Shown here: piece after piece, positions 39,051-54,906 of the stretch
Layout of the letters: every line of letters begins with the position of its first letter
How positions within the stretch are numbered: position 1 is the first letter of the stretch
The notes under the pieces: generated by a model
What the model was told of the DNA's origin: nothing
What the model saw: the letters and a program-made list of their open reading frames with translations, nothing else
The model's database searches: none
Program-made: the position numbers and the translations under genes
Source of the DNA: the human T2T-CHM13v2.0 reference genome, Homo sapiens
DNA length: 64,000 bases
Reading direction: 5' to 3' (one strand)
NCBI RefSeq assembly: GCF_009914755.1
Contig: NC_060925.1

Positions 39051-39780
39051 TCCAGTGTTCGTAACACCCCCTTACTATCCTGTCCCCTGGCTGTATTCTA
39101 CTGGGCAGAAGCCAGTTAGCTTTGTCCAGGCTCAGAACCTATTTCTCCACTCACACCAACTACAAAGACCACCAGATCATTTTCTATTTTACTCCAGAGT
39201 GCAGCAACTGTATTTGGGTGGCCCTGGGCTCACTCAGCCCACACTCTGGTGATGGCTTCTTCACTGATTTGCTCTCATACCACTAACTGGCTTACTATGA
39301 GACCTGGACACTCCCTTCTGTGGACCACAGGAAAGGCTGTGGGAACAGAACTCCAGCAGGGTGTGTGACCCAGGAGGGAGGCATTCTTATTCGGGGGAGG
39401 AATCACATGGACTCCTGGAATTCCTGGATGAAGACACCTGGGCTGCCTCAGCCACAGGACCTGCTGGAGCCACACCTTGGACCTGCTGGGGACTCAGTCG
39501 TTGGTGCAGGGCTCTGTACAGATCCAGACAGAGAATGGGCCCAATGGAGACTCTGGGATGAGCGTGCAGGGGACGCAGCTGTCAGATCCATTTCTAATAG
39601 CAGCCATGAAGATGAACCCTGACCTTTGTGAAATGCTTCGTACTTACCAAGCATTTCCACCCGATTTATGTGAGGCAAAGATTATCAGCCTCAATTTAGA
39701 GACATGCAAAGTAAAACTAAAAGACCTTAAGTAACTTAAGGACCGAATTGGTGAAAAATGTGAGACCCAAAGAAAGATAT

Positions 39781-40745
<965 letters not shown>

Positions 40746-41104
40746 TATAATTAATATGCAAAGTGACAAGCATGCCAATGGAAAAAGATGCACGGTGATT
40801 CCAGGGCCCAGAGGTGAGAGGACCTCCCGCTGGACAGGACAGGAGAGGTTCTTCAGGCTCATTCGAGCTGGGTTTTGAAGGCTGGGTAGGGCTGTGATCG
40901 TTTGGAGGGAAGGCACATGAAAGCACGCCAGGGAGAAAGGCACAGAGGATTGGAAGTACTTGGGGTGGTGGCAGGAAACCCACGTTATGACAATACGGTT
41001 CCAGCCTTATCATCTCGAGTGATAGAATCAGCCTAGGATTCCAGCAGGGAGTGACATGGTCAGGCCTGAATGCAGGTGCTATTTTTTTTTTTTTTTTTTT
41101 TTAG

Positions 41105-41230
<126 letters not shown>

Positions 41231-41481
41231 TGACCGCACTGGCCAATTTTTGTATTTTCAGTAGAGACGGGGTTTCATTGTGTTGCCCAGGCTGGTCTCG
41301 AACTCCTGAGCTCAGGTGATCTACTCGCTTCAGCCTCCCAAAGTGCTGGGTTTACAGGTGTGAGTCACCACGCCCGGCACTGCACCTTGTTTTCAAGGAA
41401 GATATCAACTTCCCCATTGGAGGGAGAGGAGGAGAGAGAGTGGACTGGGAATGGTCTTACTCCCTTGCCTGTGGCCCCTGT

Positions 41482-42470
41482 TGTGGGGGGAAGAATGAGA
41501 GATCAGACTGCTACTGTGTCTATGTAGAAAGAAGTAGACAGAAGAAACTCCATTTTGTTCTGTACTAAGAAAAATTCTTCTGCCTTGAGATGCTGTTAAT
41601 CTGTAACCCTAGCCCCAACCCTGTGCTCGCAGAAACATGTGCTGTGTTGACTCAAGGTTTAATGGCTTAGGGCTGTGCAGGATGCGCCTTGTTAAAAATG
41701 TGTTTGCAGGCAGTGTGCTTGGTAAAAGTCATCGCCATTCTCCATTGTCGAGTACCCAGGGACACAATGCACTGCGGAAGGCCACAGGGACCTCTGCCCA
41801 AGAAAGCCTGGGTATTGTCTAAGGCTTCCCCCCATGGAGATGGCCTGAGATATGGCCTCGTGGGAGGGGAAAGACCTGACCGTCCCCCAGCCCGACACCC
41901 GTAAAGGGTCTGTGCCGAGGAGGATTAGTGAAAGAGGAAGGCCTCTTTGCAATTGAGGTAAGAGGAAGGCATCTGTCTCCTGCTCGTCCCTGGGAACGGA
42001 ATGTCTCGGTATAAAACCCGAGCGTACGTTCTGTTTACTGAGATAGGAGAAAACTGCCTTATGACTGGAGGTGAGACATGCTGGCGGCAATACTGCTCTT
42101 TACTACACTGAGATGTTTGTGTAAAGTCAAACATAACTCTGGCCTATGTGCACATCAAGGCACAGCACCTTTCCTTAAACTTATTTATGACACAGAGCCT
42201 TTGCTCACATGTTTTCCTGCTGACCCTCTCCCCACCATTACTCTATAGTCCTGCCACATCCCCCTCACCAAGACAGTAGAGATAGTGATCAATAAATACT
42301 GAGGGAACTCAGAGACCAGTACTGGTGAGGGTCCTCCGTATGCTGAGCGCCGGTCCCCTGGGCCCACTGTTCTTTCTCTATACTTTGTCTCTGTGTCTTA
42401 TTTCTTTTTTCAGTCTCTCATCCCACCTGACGAGAAATACCCACAGGTGTCGAGGGGCTGGCCCCCTTCA
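41482..42470 (+). mobile_element. HERV-K(HML-2) solo LTR, LTR5A/LTR5B type, 989 bp with 6-bp TSD CCCTGT
   Basis: TG…CA ends; starts TGTGGGGGGAAGAATGAGAGATCAGA, ends CCCACAGGTGTCGAGGGGCTGGCCCCCTTCA; TSD at 41476-41481 and 42471-42476; TATAAAA at 42010; AATAAA at 42291. Confidence 0.95.
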
Positions 42471-42652
42471 CCCTGTGATCGACAGGACAGAGCTGGGCAC
42501 GCAGGCTGGGATTCACGGTGCAACCTGCAGCCACGGGGTGGAGAAAGGAAGCCACGTCGCCAGGAAGGCAATGGCATTCAGAGCCTTGGACTCCTTAATT
42601 GATGCAATGACGGCAGCTCGGGTATCCATAGCAATTGTGGAACTTGAAAAGT

Positions 42653-42825
42653 TTTACTTTAAAAAAGTGCATCTATACATCATTTAAATTTTGGTGCCAA
42701 TGTAGAATCGGAAAATCGAGTCTTAACCAATCAAAATTCACGTGCCGGCCCCTTCCTCCAGGTCATTCCTCAATGGCTAGCCTTGGAACTTCTCAGCTAA
42801 ATATGCATTGTTGTGGGTATTTAAT
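42653..42825 (-). terminator. SLC2A7: Candidate SLC2A7 poly(A) signals: ATTAAA (42820-42825) and AGTAAA (42653-42658)
   Basis: Variant hexamers on the minus strand ~140 and ~305 nt after the stop; I saw no canonical AATAAA before the LTR. Confidence 0.45.
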
Positions 42826-42961
42826 AATATCCATAATTAAGTTAAATGGGGGCAACGACAAAAGCCTCCGTGCTATTATCCTCCCCAGAGCCTGGGGCCG
42901 GGAGGCCCATTGTCATAGAAGGAAGCCTTGAATATGGGCTCCCGTCCTTCATGCAGGGCCA

Positions 42962-43515
<554 letters not shown>

Positions 43516-43720
43516 TCAAAAAAACAAAAACAAAAACAAAAACCCCAAAACAAACAACAAATAACCAATGCTGGTCGAGGCCTTTGTGAGTCCATAAAGG
43601 AGTTGCTTGGCAGCCAGTTTTGTTTCACTCCTGGAGGAATGATATAGCTAGAAAACTGTGATCACTAAAGATTGTTTGCAGGAAAAAAAAAAAAAAAGCT
43701 AGAAATTGGATTCCCCCTCA

Positions 43721-44206
<486 letters not shown>

Positions 44207-44413
44207 TCAGCAGGGGATCACCCTTCAGTAACTGAGAAACCGGTGTCTTCAAGGGTTTGCAGGCAGTGGGGCCACGTGTGTCTGTGGACCCTTGGATGTG
44301 TCTGAGAGCCTGTCCCCACCTTGCTGGATTCACAGATGTGCTTAGCGGAAGGGGAATACATCTTACTCCCTGGAGGCCCGGTGGAGCGGGTTGGGGAAGG
44401 GGCCCTCACTCAC

Positions 44414-44541
44414 CTGGATGGATGGGAACAGGAAGCCTATGATGAAGTTGGTGAGCCAGTGCACTGCCCCGTCCACCATGAAAGCTGCCCGCCGGGAGGA
44501 CTGCAGGAAGATCTCGGTCCTCACCACCGAGGGGACAGGAC
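44414..44541 (-). CDS. SLC2A7: GLUT7 exon 11 (128 bp): (S)[42 protein letters not shown]
   Basis: Acceptor ccctccag|, donor |gtgagt; E-x-F…R-x-A-A and HWLTNF motifs. Confidence 0.97.
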
Positions 44542-46971
44542 CTGGAGGGCAGAGCAGGATGGGTGGGGCGGAGAAGGACCCAGGTGTCCCCCAGGGCTGG
44601 CGGGACGCGGCCCACTCTAGCCTCTGACCTAGGACCCTCAAGAGTACCAGCTGGGATTGGGGACTGGAAAGGAACCCTGCCTTTACCCACAAAACCAGGG
44701 CGTGATCAGAGCAGGAGCTGCAAAGATCCACTTTGCAAAGTCTGGTTGGAGAGCCTGGAATTGAATTTCCATTGCTGCTTCTTCAAGGCCAATGACGCTC
44801 CATGAAGGTTTGCAGAAAGTAAATGGATGGGAAGCTTCGTGGGAGCAGCAGGAGTGAGTGGGCTCCAGCTCACAGGCAGCAGAGCTTTCTGAAAGAGCTT
44901 CCTTTGCGCTGGCGTCACTCTGACTTGAGACCGCCCGCGCTTGGGAAGTGCCGCCCTCCTATGGCGGATCTGGGTATGGCAGGGCCTGAGGGCTACACCT
45001 TCTTGGACAACTGTTTTTCATTATCGCTTCCTTAAGAAGCCTTGTCTAAAATGTCTAAAGCCATTTTTGTTCCCTAATCGCCACTCCCATGAAATTTTAA
45101 TACTGTGCGTCTGTTTAGGTCCTGCATATATAGATATCTGTAGCTTTACACAAAGAAAGAGGAAGATTCTGTCCCTCCTCCTCCAAGCTTCCCACCCCCG
45201 CTTAGGTGGTGAAATGGCCTCATTGAAAAGGTCCGGTCTCACAGATCACTGGAGGTCAGGAGTTCGAGACCGGCCTGGCCAACATGATGAAACCCCATCT
45301 CTACTAAAAATATAAAAATTAGTCCGGCATGGTGGCGTGTGCCTGTAGTCCCAGCTACTCAGGAGGCTGAAGCAGGATAATCTGTTGAACTCGGGAGATG
45401 GAGGTTGCGCTCCAGCCTGGGCAACAGAGTGAGACTCCAACTCAAAAAAAAAAAAAAAAAAAGAAGGAAAAAAAGAAAAGGACCGATCTCCCTCTCTGGA
45501 TGGACATGGAGAAGAATTCAAAGCCCCTGAATGAAGCTGGGATGTCAAGTGCAAACTCCTGCAGCCCAGTGACTTGGGGCCCGGGCCCCTTCTCCAGGGC
45601 CCTGACCCCAAAGTGGACGCCGGCAGGGATGTCATCTGTCCTGCCTTCCTCCTGTCCACCACAACAACAGCAGCCAATAGTCCTTAGGTCTAAGTTGAAT
45701 GTCAGATCAGCCCATGCTCTGACCTCGCGTCTGCCGGCACACCTGATCACCCCGTTCTTGGAGAAGCACCATGGCTTGCTCCAGGTGACACACAGGCAGT
45801 GGGGGCAGAACGGCTTGGAACCCGGCCAGGTCTACACACACTGGCACTTTTCCTTTGAGGTTCTGCTGCCTCCACGTTTGAGGTACACTGGGAAGGCGTC
45901 CTGCTCTAAATCCCCACCCGCTCCCCTTTATTTTTTAGACAGAGTCTTGCTCTCTTGCCCAGCCTGGAGTGCAGTGGTGGATCTTGGCTTACTGCAACCT
46001 CTGGGTTCAAGTGATTATCCTGCCTCAGCCTCCCGAGTAGCTGGGACTACAGGCGCCCGCCAACACACCTGGCTAATTTTTGCATTTTTAGTAGAAACGG
46101 AGTTTCACCTTGTTGGCTAGGCTGGTCTCGAACTTCTGACCTTAAGTGAACAGCCTGCCTCCCTCCACCTCTCAAAATGTTGGGATTACAGGCATGAGCC
46201 ACCATGCCAGGCCTAAATCCCACTTCTTAAATACCCTTAAATACAAGTATGTGGTCTCATTCATGTGCCTGACACAGCACAGTGTAAACAGGTATTCCGC
46301 CAATGGATGTTGAATGAATTAAATACCTTCATTTTGGTTTATGGACAGTGCTTTCAAAATGAACATTCTTCAGGGAATGTTATTAGAGTCTTCACAGTCA
46401 GGGGTGTCTTTTCCCAGGCAGGGAGAAGGAGGTTCAATTCTCAGGACACACTAGGGAAGGAGTCTGGAGTCTCAGAGGCTGCCCAACAGGTGGGCCCAGG
46501 TGGAGGCCCGAAGCCACTGGCAACAGGACATTGGGGACAGTGTAATAAGGGACTGTAGCTGGCAGTCAGCGGGGATAGAAGGCAGTTGAGCCTTGGGTGT
46601 GCTGTGGGCTTGGAGGCTCAAGTGAGTGTCTGGAGGGTGTGGATGTAAACCAAGGTGCCCCAGGGGTGTCTGACTGGCATAAGCTCCCTCTCTGCAAAAG
46701 CTCATGTCCTTGTTGGGTGCCAGACCTGAGTCTGGGCCCCCCTGGGAGCCACAGATGATCAGTGGGGCGCTGGCCTGGCTGGCGCTGGTTGAATGAATGC
46801 ACATGGCCTGGAGTGCCATCAAGGCTGAGAACTAAGAACGTGTGGGATCTGCGTGAGCACGGGGACCAAGGACGTCCATTCACTCAGCAAATATGTGTCG
46901 AGCACTGACTGTGTGTCAGGCCCAGGAATGGACCAGGATGGCCGGGGCGAGGGAGGCGTGCAGGTACTCAC

Positions 46972-47047
46972 TGGGCCCAATGGAATGTCCCGCGATGTAG
47001 GCAAAGACACAGATGATGCCGAGGTAGGACAGCTCGGGGACCCTGTT
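46972..47047 (-). CDS. SLC2A7: GLUT7 exon 10 (76 bp): [25 protein letters not shown](S)
   Basis: Acceptor ctctccccacag|, donor |gtgagt; TM10. Confidence 0.97.
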
Positions 47048-48185
47048 CTGTGGGGAGAGGCAGGGCTGTCTGGGCTGAGGCCAGGAGCCCCACGTGCGGG
47101 GGGGTCCACCTGCGGGTCCCACCTTCCTGCCCCAGGGAGGAGCTGCACCTAGATGTCTGGGCACCTCCATGGACCTTGAGGGCTCTGTGGGCAAGAGAGG
47201 AAGGCCAGTGAGAACCAGGCCTTGTAGCCTCCCACAGGGCTCCCTCCAGCCTCACCTGATGAGCGTCATGGAGAATGAGGGGCATCTACCTTTGAGTTAT
47301 TTTCCTGCCAGGTGCCATTCTCTGCACTTTACAAATCACAAATATTAACTCATCTGATCTTTGTGATACTCCTCTGCCCTCTGAGTGACTCTACGATTCT
47401 TTCTTTTTTTTTTTTTTGAGACAGAGTCTCGCTCTGTCGCCCAGGCTGAAGTGCAGTGGCACAGTCTTGGCTCACTGCAGCCTCCGCCTCCCGGGTTCAA
47501 GATTCCCCTGCCTCCGCCTCCTGTAGCTGGGACTAGAGGCGTGCGCCACCACGCCCGGCTTATATGATTGTTTCAGTTCCACAATTGTGGAAGCAGAGCA
47601 CAGAGGGCCCTGAATACAGACCATGAGGAACCTTAGTCCCTCAGGGATCAAGCAGTGGCTGAAGTCACCCAGTCAACATGAGTGAGCTGAGGTCCGGACT
47701 TTCTCTACCATTCTCTGGAGACTCCTAGGACCCCCGGACCCGTGGAGCTGGCAGACCACCATCTCTGCTCCCAACTGCCGAGAGAACAGCCAATGCAAAA
47801 CCGGGTCAACGGACTTCAGCCAAACTAACCGGGTGCCCCCAGATGAACTTCCCAGGGAACCCTGTAGTCACAGTTATGAGACGGCCTCAAGGGACAAGTT
47901 GGCAGCAGAGCTGGATGGCGAGGTGGGAGGGGAGGCACTGGGAGCTTCCAAGCAGAGAAGCAACAAGATCTGATTCATTTTCAACAAGAAGAGAAGGCAG
48001 GAGGATTGGGGCCATTCAACACTTCAAGCAAAAGCGAGGCTGGCTGGGTTGGTGGGGCCGCCCTGGACCCGGTGTGAAGCGAGCAGCTGCTGCTGCATTT
48101 TCAGGCAGAGCCCCTGGTTGGACAGAAGGAGTGAAAGAGCCACCGGGGATGCCCCTAGGTTTCAGAAGTGTCACTGGCGGTGGTC

Positions 48186-48200
48186 TCTGCAGGTGGCGCT
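48186..48200 (+). promoter_or_regulatory. Candidate CTCF motif in SLC2A7 intron 9
   Basis: TCTGCAGGTGGCGCT; perfect CAGGTGGCGCT core, mismatches at the 5' end. Confidence 0.4.
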
Positions 48201-49806
48201 CAGTCGTGCTCACCTCTTTTCACTTCCTAGAATCCCTAAAGGTTCTGCTAAGAACTTATATTGGTTTTTTTTTTTTTTTTTAGACAGAATCTCGCTCTGT
48301 CACCCAGGCTGGAGCAGTGCTGTGATCTTGGCTCACTGCAACCTCTGCCTCCTGAGTTCAAGTGATTCTCCTGCCTCAGCCTCCCGAGTAACTGGGATTA
48401 CAGGCACACGCCACCACACCCGACTAAATTTTGTATTTTTAATAGAGACGGGGTTTCACCACGTGGTCAGGCTGCTCTAGAACTCCTGACCTCAGGTGAT
48501 CCACCCGCTTTGGCTTCCCAAAGTGCTGGGATTACAGGTGTGAGCCACTGCGTCTGGCTGAGAACTTATACTGGTTTTAAAATTAAAGAAGAAAGTTCTT
48601 TCCGAAGGAAACTTTAATTGATTTATGAGCATCACTAACACTGTTCGTCGCCAGGCCTTGCTTTCCCCGCAGGCCCTGGCCTCCTGCTCATTCCCTGAAT
48701 CCCCCAGCTCTTTCCCACATGGAGCTCTCTGCACTCTCTGGTGGTTAAGGACAAGTCATTGCAGAGAGGGCAGCTTGGAAAAGAAGGAAAAGAGCAAAGA
48801 TCTTGGCTCTACATGACAGAATGAGCTCCTCACACATTCTTGTACTCATGTGCAATTGCGTTGCTGATATATTTTCCATTTGAAAGGGCTCAGGACAGTG
48901 CTGCCGTTCCTGCACAAGCAACAGCAAAGAGGCTGCCTCGGAGACACAGAATGCTGGTTGCTTTTTAGAGATTTTATATCATGACACACCACGTATTTTC
49001 ATCACTTCCGTAGAACGTGGATAATACATACAGGCTGAGAACACTGCAAATTAAAATGATGTACTTCTTGTTTGGGTGGTCTGCTGTGTTTTAGTCTTAC
49101 TGAAAAATGATTCGTAGTTTTGTTTTGTTTTTTCTTTTTTGAGACAGGGTCTCACTGTCCCCCAGGCTGGAGTACAATGGTGCGATCATGGCTCACTGCA
49201 GCCTTGACCTCCCAGGCTCAGGTGATCCTCCCACCTCAGCTTCCTGAGTAGCTGGGACTACAGGTGCACACCACCACACCCAGAAAACGTTTTGTATTTT
49301 TTGTAGAGATGGGGTCTCACCATGTTGTTCAGACTGGTCTTGAGCTCCTGGGCTCAATGGGTCCTCCTGCCTTGGCCTCCCAAAGTGCTAGGATTGCAGG
49401 AGTGAGCCACTGTGCTCAGCCTCCTTCTACCTCTCGAATGGGGTGACTTCTGGTCTTTCCTTAACCCACACCTGTTCACCGCCCATAGATGTTTTCTAAT
49501 GCGGTGGCATCCTTGCATTTACGCATTGAAGCACATATTTTATTGCAAACTGTCCTCCTTGTTTCTCTTTCCCATGACAGCTGGACCATCTATCCGGTTA
49601 CTTATTTGCATGTGCAGGTGTAGGTAAATGAAGCCATCTGTGACATTCACTTCAGGATGGGGCATTGCAAAGTACTTTTCCAGGCAGGATGCATGCCATC
49701 AGTGGGACTCAGAACCAACCACTTGGTGCAGCGGGCCCGGTTCAGTCAGGGGACCTCCCACCCTCCCCATGACTCCCCACCCAGGGGGCAGGAAATGAGG
49801 TCAGAC

Positions 49807-50373
<567 letters not shown>

Positions 50374-50489
50374 TGATTTGACATGGGTCAGACATTCATG
50401 CTCTTCACCACCACCCTTCCTTGTTCTGGTCATTCATTTCCAGACCTCCTGGATCTTGGCTCCCTGCACCCCTTGCTACCCACTAGAAT

Positions 50490-51028
50490 AACCACATTTT
50501 CTAGTTTCTGTGTTTGATGCTTTGACATCTTGGGACCTTTATGGCCCTGGAGGGACTGCCCTTCCCACCCCACTGATAGCAAACAAACCGCTGTCTGGGA
50601 GTGAGTGCCTCTTTCATCTGCAAACCAACAATGCAGGCCCACACCCCAGGTCTTCCTTTGCTGAGCTTTCACACGCAAGGCCAGCATCACCTGCCCTAAC
50701 ACCCTGGGGGCCAGGGGCCAGACAGCTGGCACAGCCCCTGTGGTCCCCGACCCTGAGGAAATTATTCACACCAGCTACTCCTAAACCTGCTCGCTCTGCC
50801 TCACCCATTCCTTTCTGTGGGAACCACAGTAAAGGTTCATCCTCACACTTCCCCTTCATGCCTCTGCTTCCTGACCAACCCTGGGGCTTCCCCGCAGGCC
50901 CGGAATGGCGTGGACCGCACCCTCCTCATGGGATCTGTGAGGAACAAACTGTCTTTCCAGCAGTAGCCACCTCCTGATCTGTTGGCCTCACCATACCTGA
51001 ATAAGAATAAAACCTACATTTAAAAATA
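50490..51028 (+). mobile_element. ERVL-class LTR, MER74/LTR53-like
   Basis: 'tttgatgctttgacatcttggg…ccctggagggactgccc' near the start and 'ttggcctcaccatacctgaataagaataaaacctacatttaaaata' at the end. Confidence 0.55.
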
Positions 51029-51302
51029 GCCCCTGGGCTGGGCACAGTGGCTCACACCTGTAATCTCAGCGCTTTGGGAGGCCGAGACAGGAGGATTGAT
51101 TGAGCTCAGGAGTTCGAAACCAGCCGGGTCAACATAGTAAGACCCTGTCTCTATGTTTAAAAAATAAATAAATAAAAAGAATAAGAATAAAAATAGCCCC
51201 CTCCTATTCTCTGGGGCTCCACTCGACATTGAGGCCATCTGGAATCTGGGCTCACATCATGCGGGGCCCCTCATCTCTCCACTTTTCCACCTGATGGACT
51301 GA

Positions 51303-51726
<424 letters not shown>

Positions 51727-52542
51727 TAATACCATTTCCATTCTACTCCATCCCTAATGGCTGACCAGAGCCGGCCCTGTACAGCCCCTTGACTCATGTT
51801 AGCTGACTCATGTCCTCCCAACATCCCAACAGACAGACTATCACTGCCATTCAGGATGGGAGCGAAGTGCACCCCAAAAATCAGGGAAATACTGTCAATT
51901 TCCTGCTGTATGCCTGGTTCCCAGATGCTGTTCCTCCAGGGAGAGGGAAAGGGTATTTTTCTGGCTTGGGTTGCTCCAGGTAGGATGATGGTGAAGCAGG
52001 TCCTAGTTATGGTCATTTATCCCCAAGGAGGAGGACTCTGAGGATAAAGGATGGATCCTGCCCCAGGGGAAAACTGGGGATGGGGCCACAGAAATCCAGC
52101 AGGAGGAAGGGGTTGAGACTTCAGCCTGGGGACCTCTGTCCTCTTCCCTTAATTTTCCTGTCAGCCTCTCCCACTGTTTTCCTTAACTTCTCCCTCCCTG
52201 CCCTTCTAAACCTTCTGAGAGTTTACTGGAACTTAAACTAGCTCTGGGGAAAATACAAATAATAGATAACTTTCTTGAAAATGTTTACCATCACTGGCAA
52301 CTCAAGAAATAGGAATCAAAATAATCAGGAGATAACTTGAAAATGGTCTAGGGAAAGGAATGCCATGATCATCTGACCCTTTTTCATGCAACATATATAT
52401 CAAAGCGTAAGTAGCTCAGACTTTAAATACTAAACTCTGAAATCATGAAACTGCACCAACAAAAAGGGGTACCTGCATTTGAATACCATGTATTGCAGTC
52501 ACCATAATGATTTTTACAAAGGAAGAAACTTGGATCTGAAGG

Positions 52543-52993
52543 TTTTTCTTTGTTGTTGTTGTTGTTTTTGAGACAGAGTCTCACTCTTGTCACCCAGGCT
52601 GGAGTGCAGTGGTGCCATCTCCCTGCTCACTGCAATCTCCACCTCCCAAGTTCAAGTGATTCTCCTGACTCGGCCTCCCAAGTAGCTGACATTACAGGTA
52701 CCCACCACCATGCCCAGCTCATTTTTGTATTTTTTAATAGAGATGGGGTTTCACCATGTTGACCAGGCTGGTCTCAAACTCCTGACCTCAAGTCATCCAC
52801 CTGCCTCAGTCTCCCAAAGTGCTGGGATTACAAGTGTGTGCCACCACACCTGGCTAATTTTTTTGTATTTTTAGTAGAGACTGGGTTTCATCATGTTGGC
52901 CAGGCTGGTCTCAAACTCCCTGACCTCAAGTGATCTGCTCGCCTTGGCCTTCCGAAGTGCTGGGATTACAAGTGTGAGCCGCCGCGCCCGGCC
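52543..52993 (-). mobile_element. Trimeric Alu (left-left-right) within one TSD
   Basis: One right arm and two left arms; flanks GGATCTGAAGG (52532-52542) and GGCTCTGAAGG (52994-53004). Confidence 0.8.
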
Positions 52994-53188
52994 GGCTCTG
53001 AAGGAATTTTGAGTTTTCTGGTCAAAGTCATGCAGGTAGTTAGTATGTGTGCATCCTAAAGTCCATGTCCCTTAAATGACCCCAGGACCAGGGCCACCAG
53101 CACTCAGTTCACTCTGTGGGGCTCCTGTCTGCCTGGCGGCACCTGGCCAGAGACCCTCCAGCAGGAAGGATGCCTCCTGCTCACTCAC

Positions 53189-53299
53189 CGAGGTGATGGT
53201 CATCACTATGTTGACGACGCCAGAGCCCACCGTTACATATTGGGAGTGAGCGGCCTCCACGCCCGCAGATGTGTAGATGGTGTCCGCATAGTAGTTGAT
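53189..53299 (-). CDS. SLC2A7: GLUT7 exon 8 (111 bp): [37 protein letters not shown]
   Basis: Acceptor tttttgtttag|, donor |gtgagt. Confidence 0.97.
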
Positions 53300-54344
53300 C
53301 TAAACAAAAACACAGGGCTGTCAGGACAGGCCGGAAGACCCAGGACGCTGGCTTAACTTTCTCAACTCAAGCCACACACAGTTCTGCAAGCCTGGGTTGG
53401 GGACCCTGGGACAGGAAGAGGGTAGCAGGTGGTGGGAAAAAGAGGCCTGACCTGGAGTCGGGACACCAGGGTGGAGCCCGGCGCTGCCCTGGAATCCAGG
53501 GTCGCAGCTCCTCCCTCTCTGGGCCTCAGGTTTGGCGTCTATAAAATGGAAGTCAGACCATACGACCTCCAAGAGCACTTTTCCCTCCATCATTCAGTTA
53601 CTCTAAGAGCTCAGATCCCAAAGAATGACTTCTTACCTCTCACTCTGGGCCAAGCCAACCGCAAGTTGAGTCTGTCTTCTGGCCCCATGCCAAGGACATT
53701 GGCACAAACAGCCCTTTGAAAGGCCACGTGTGCTATTCCACATCTGGTGGCTCCCACCTGGGCCATCTACCCTCCCACGATCACTGGTTAAACATCCATG
53801 AATCCCTGAGGCCAAGGCCACCTCTTCCCGACACGCCACTGGAGCAACTGGGTCACCCACCCAATCTCCAGTGTTTTAGCTTCTGTCAGATCTCCACCCT
53901 TCCCTCACACCATGGTTAGATACAGTTACAGCCAAAGAGCCACGGTCGCAGAAAGCGATGCCACAAACATCACAGACAAGTGGGCCCAAGATGGGCTCCT
54001 GACACAGGCTGGGCCTACCAACCCAGGCCTGGTGACCTGAGCTTGGACCCAGGAGACCTCAGCTCATCTCAGTCTAGCTGGTCTCTTGTATAGAAGGGAA
54101 AGGACTATTGGCAGGAGGCATTCCTTCTGGGGACTGGGAAACAGAGAAAAATGAAGCTGGCATGTGGGGAGAGGCAGAGCACGGAGGCAGAGAGGAGTGA
54201 GGTTTCTTCCTGACATCTGGCTCTGCCTGGACTGATCCTGGCCCCACTGCCAGGCCAGGCCTCTGTGGGTGGAACTGTGTGTTGCTATCCATGAAGCCTG
54301 GGTCTGCTTCATCTGTCTCCCTGCCTGGCCACCGTCCCACATAC

Positions 54345-54532
54345 CGCATTGATGCCCGACAGCTGCTGGCCGGCCATGAGCACGATGATGGAGAGGAGCT
54401 GCCAGCGCAGGGACCGCAGGGCACAGAGGTGCAGCACAGACAGGTGGCCCTCGGCGCGCTCGGCCCGGGCCTCCGCACGCATGTCCTCCAGCTCGGCCTC
54501 CATGTCCGTGTGGCCTCTCAGCCTCCTCAGAG
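54345..54532 (-). CDS. SLC2A7: GLUT7 exon 7 (188 bp): (A)[62 protein letters not shown]
   Basis: Acceptor ctttccgcag|, donor |gtatgt; [10 protein letters not shown]7 motif. Confidence 0.97.
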
Positions 54533-54780
54533 CTGCGGAAAGCAGAACCACCCGCTCAGAGGGCCGTCTCCCTGCAGGCTGGGCCCCAAGCCCCCATGCT
54601 GGCCCTGAGCTCACCATTCCCTGACCTGACCTTGGTTGTGCCCCAGTTGCCACCCCCCCACCCCGTTCAGCTCCCAGCTCTCACCCCTGACCCATGGCGA
54701 CCCTGACTGTGGCCCTGACCGTGTCTCTGCCTGGCCCCCGGGGTGGGCAGGGCCTGGGAGAGTAGCCGGCGACTTCATAC

Positions 54781-54906
54781 CTTGTCGCGCTGTGGCTTCA
54801 TCTCCTTTCTGAATCAGGGAGTAGCGGGGGCTTTCGGGGAAGAAGGGCAGGGTCAGCAGCTGCAGCAGGGCGGGCACCCCTGTGAGCGCCAGAAGCACCG
54901 GCCAGC
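54781..54906 (-). CDS. SLC2A7: GLUT7 exon 6 (126 bp): (G)[41 protein letters not shown]
   Basis: Acceptor ctccttgcag|, donor |gtatga; PESPR motif. Confidence 0.97.

Noticed and set aside
39315-39360. Short similarity (tggaccacaggaaaggctgtgg) to what I recall of SLC2A7 exon 2
   Set aside because: Too short, and exon 2 is outside the window so it cannot be compared directly.
45398-46120. Longest ORF in the track (240 aa), antisense to SLC2A7 intron 10
   Set aside because: Starts and ends in Alu sequence, includes a poly-K from an A tail, and has no recognisable domain.
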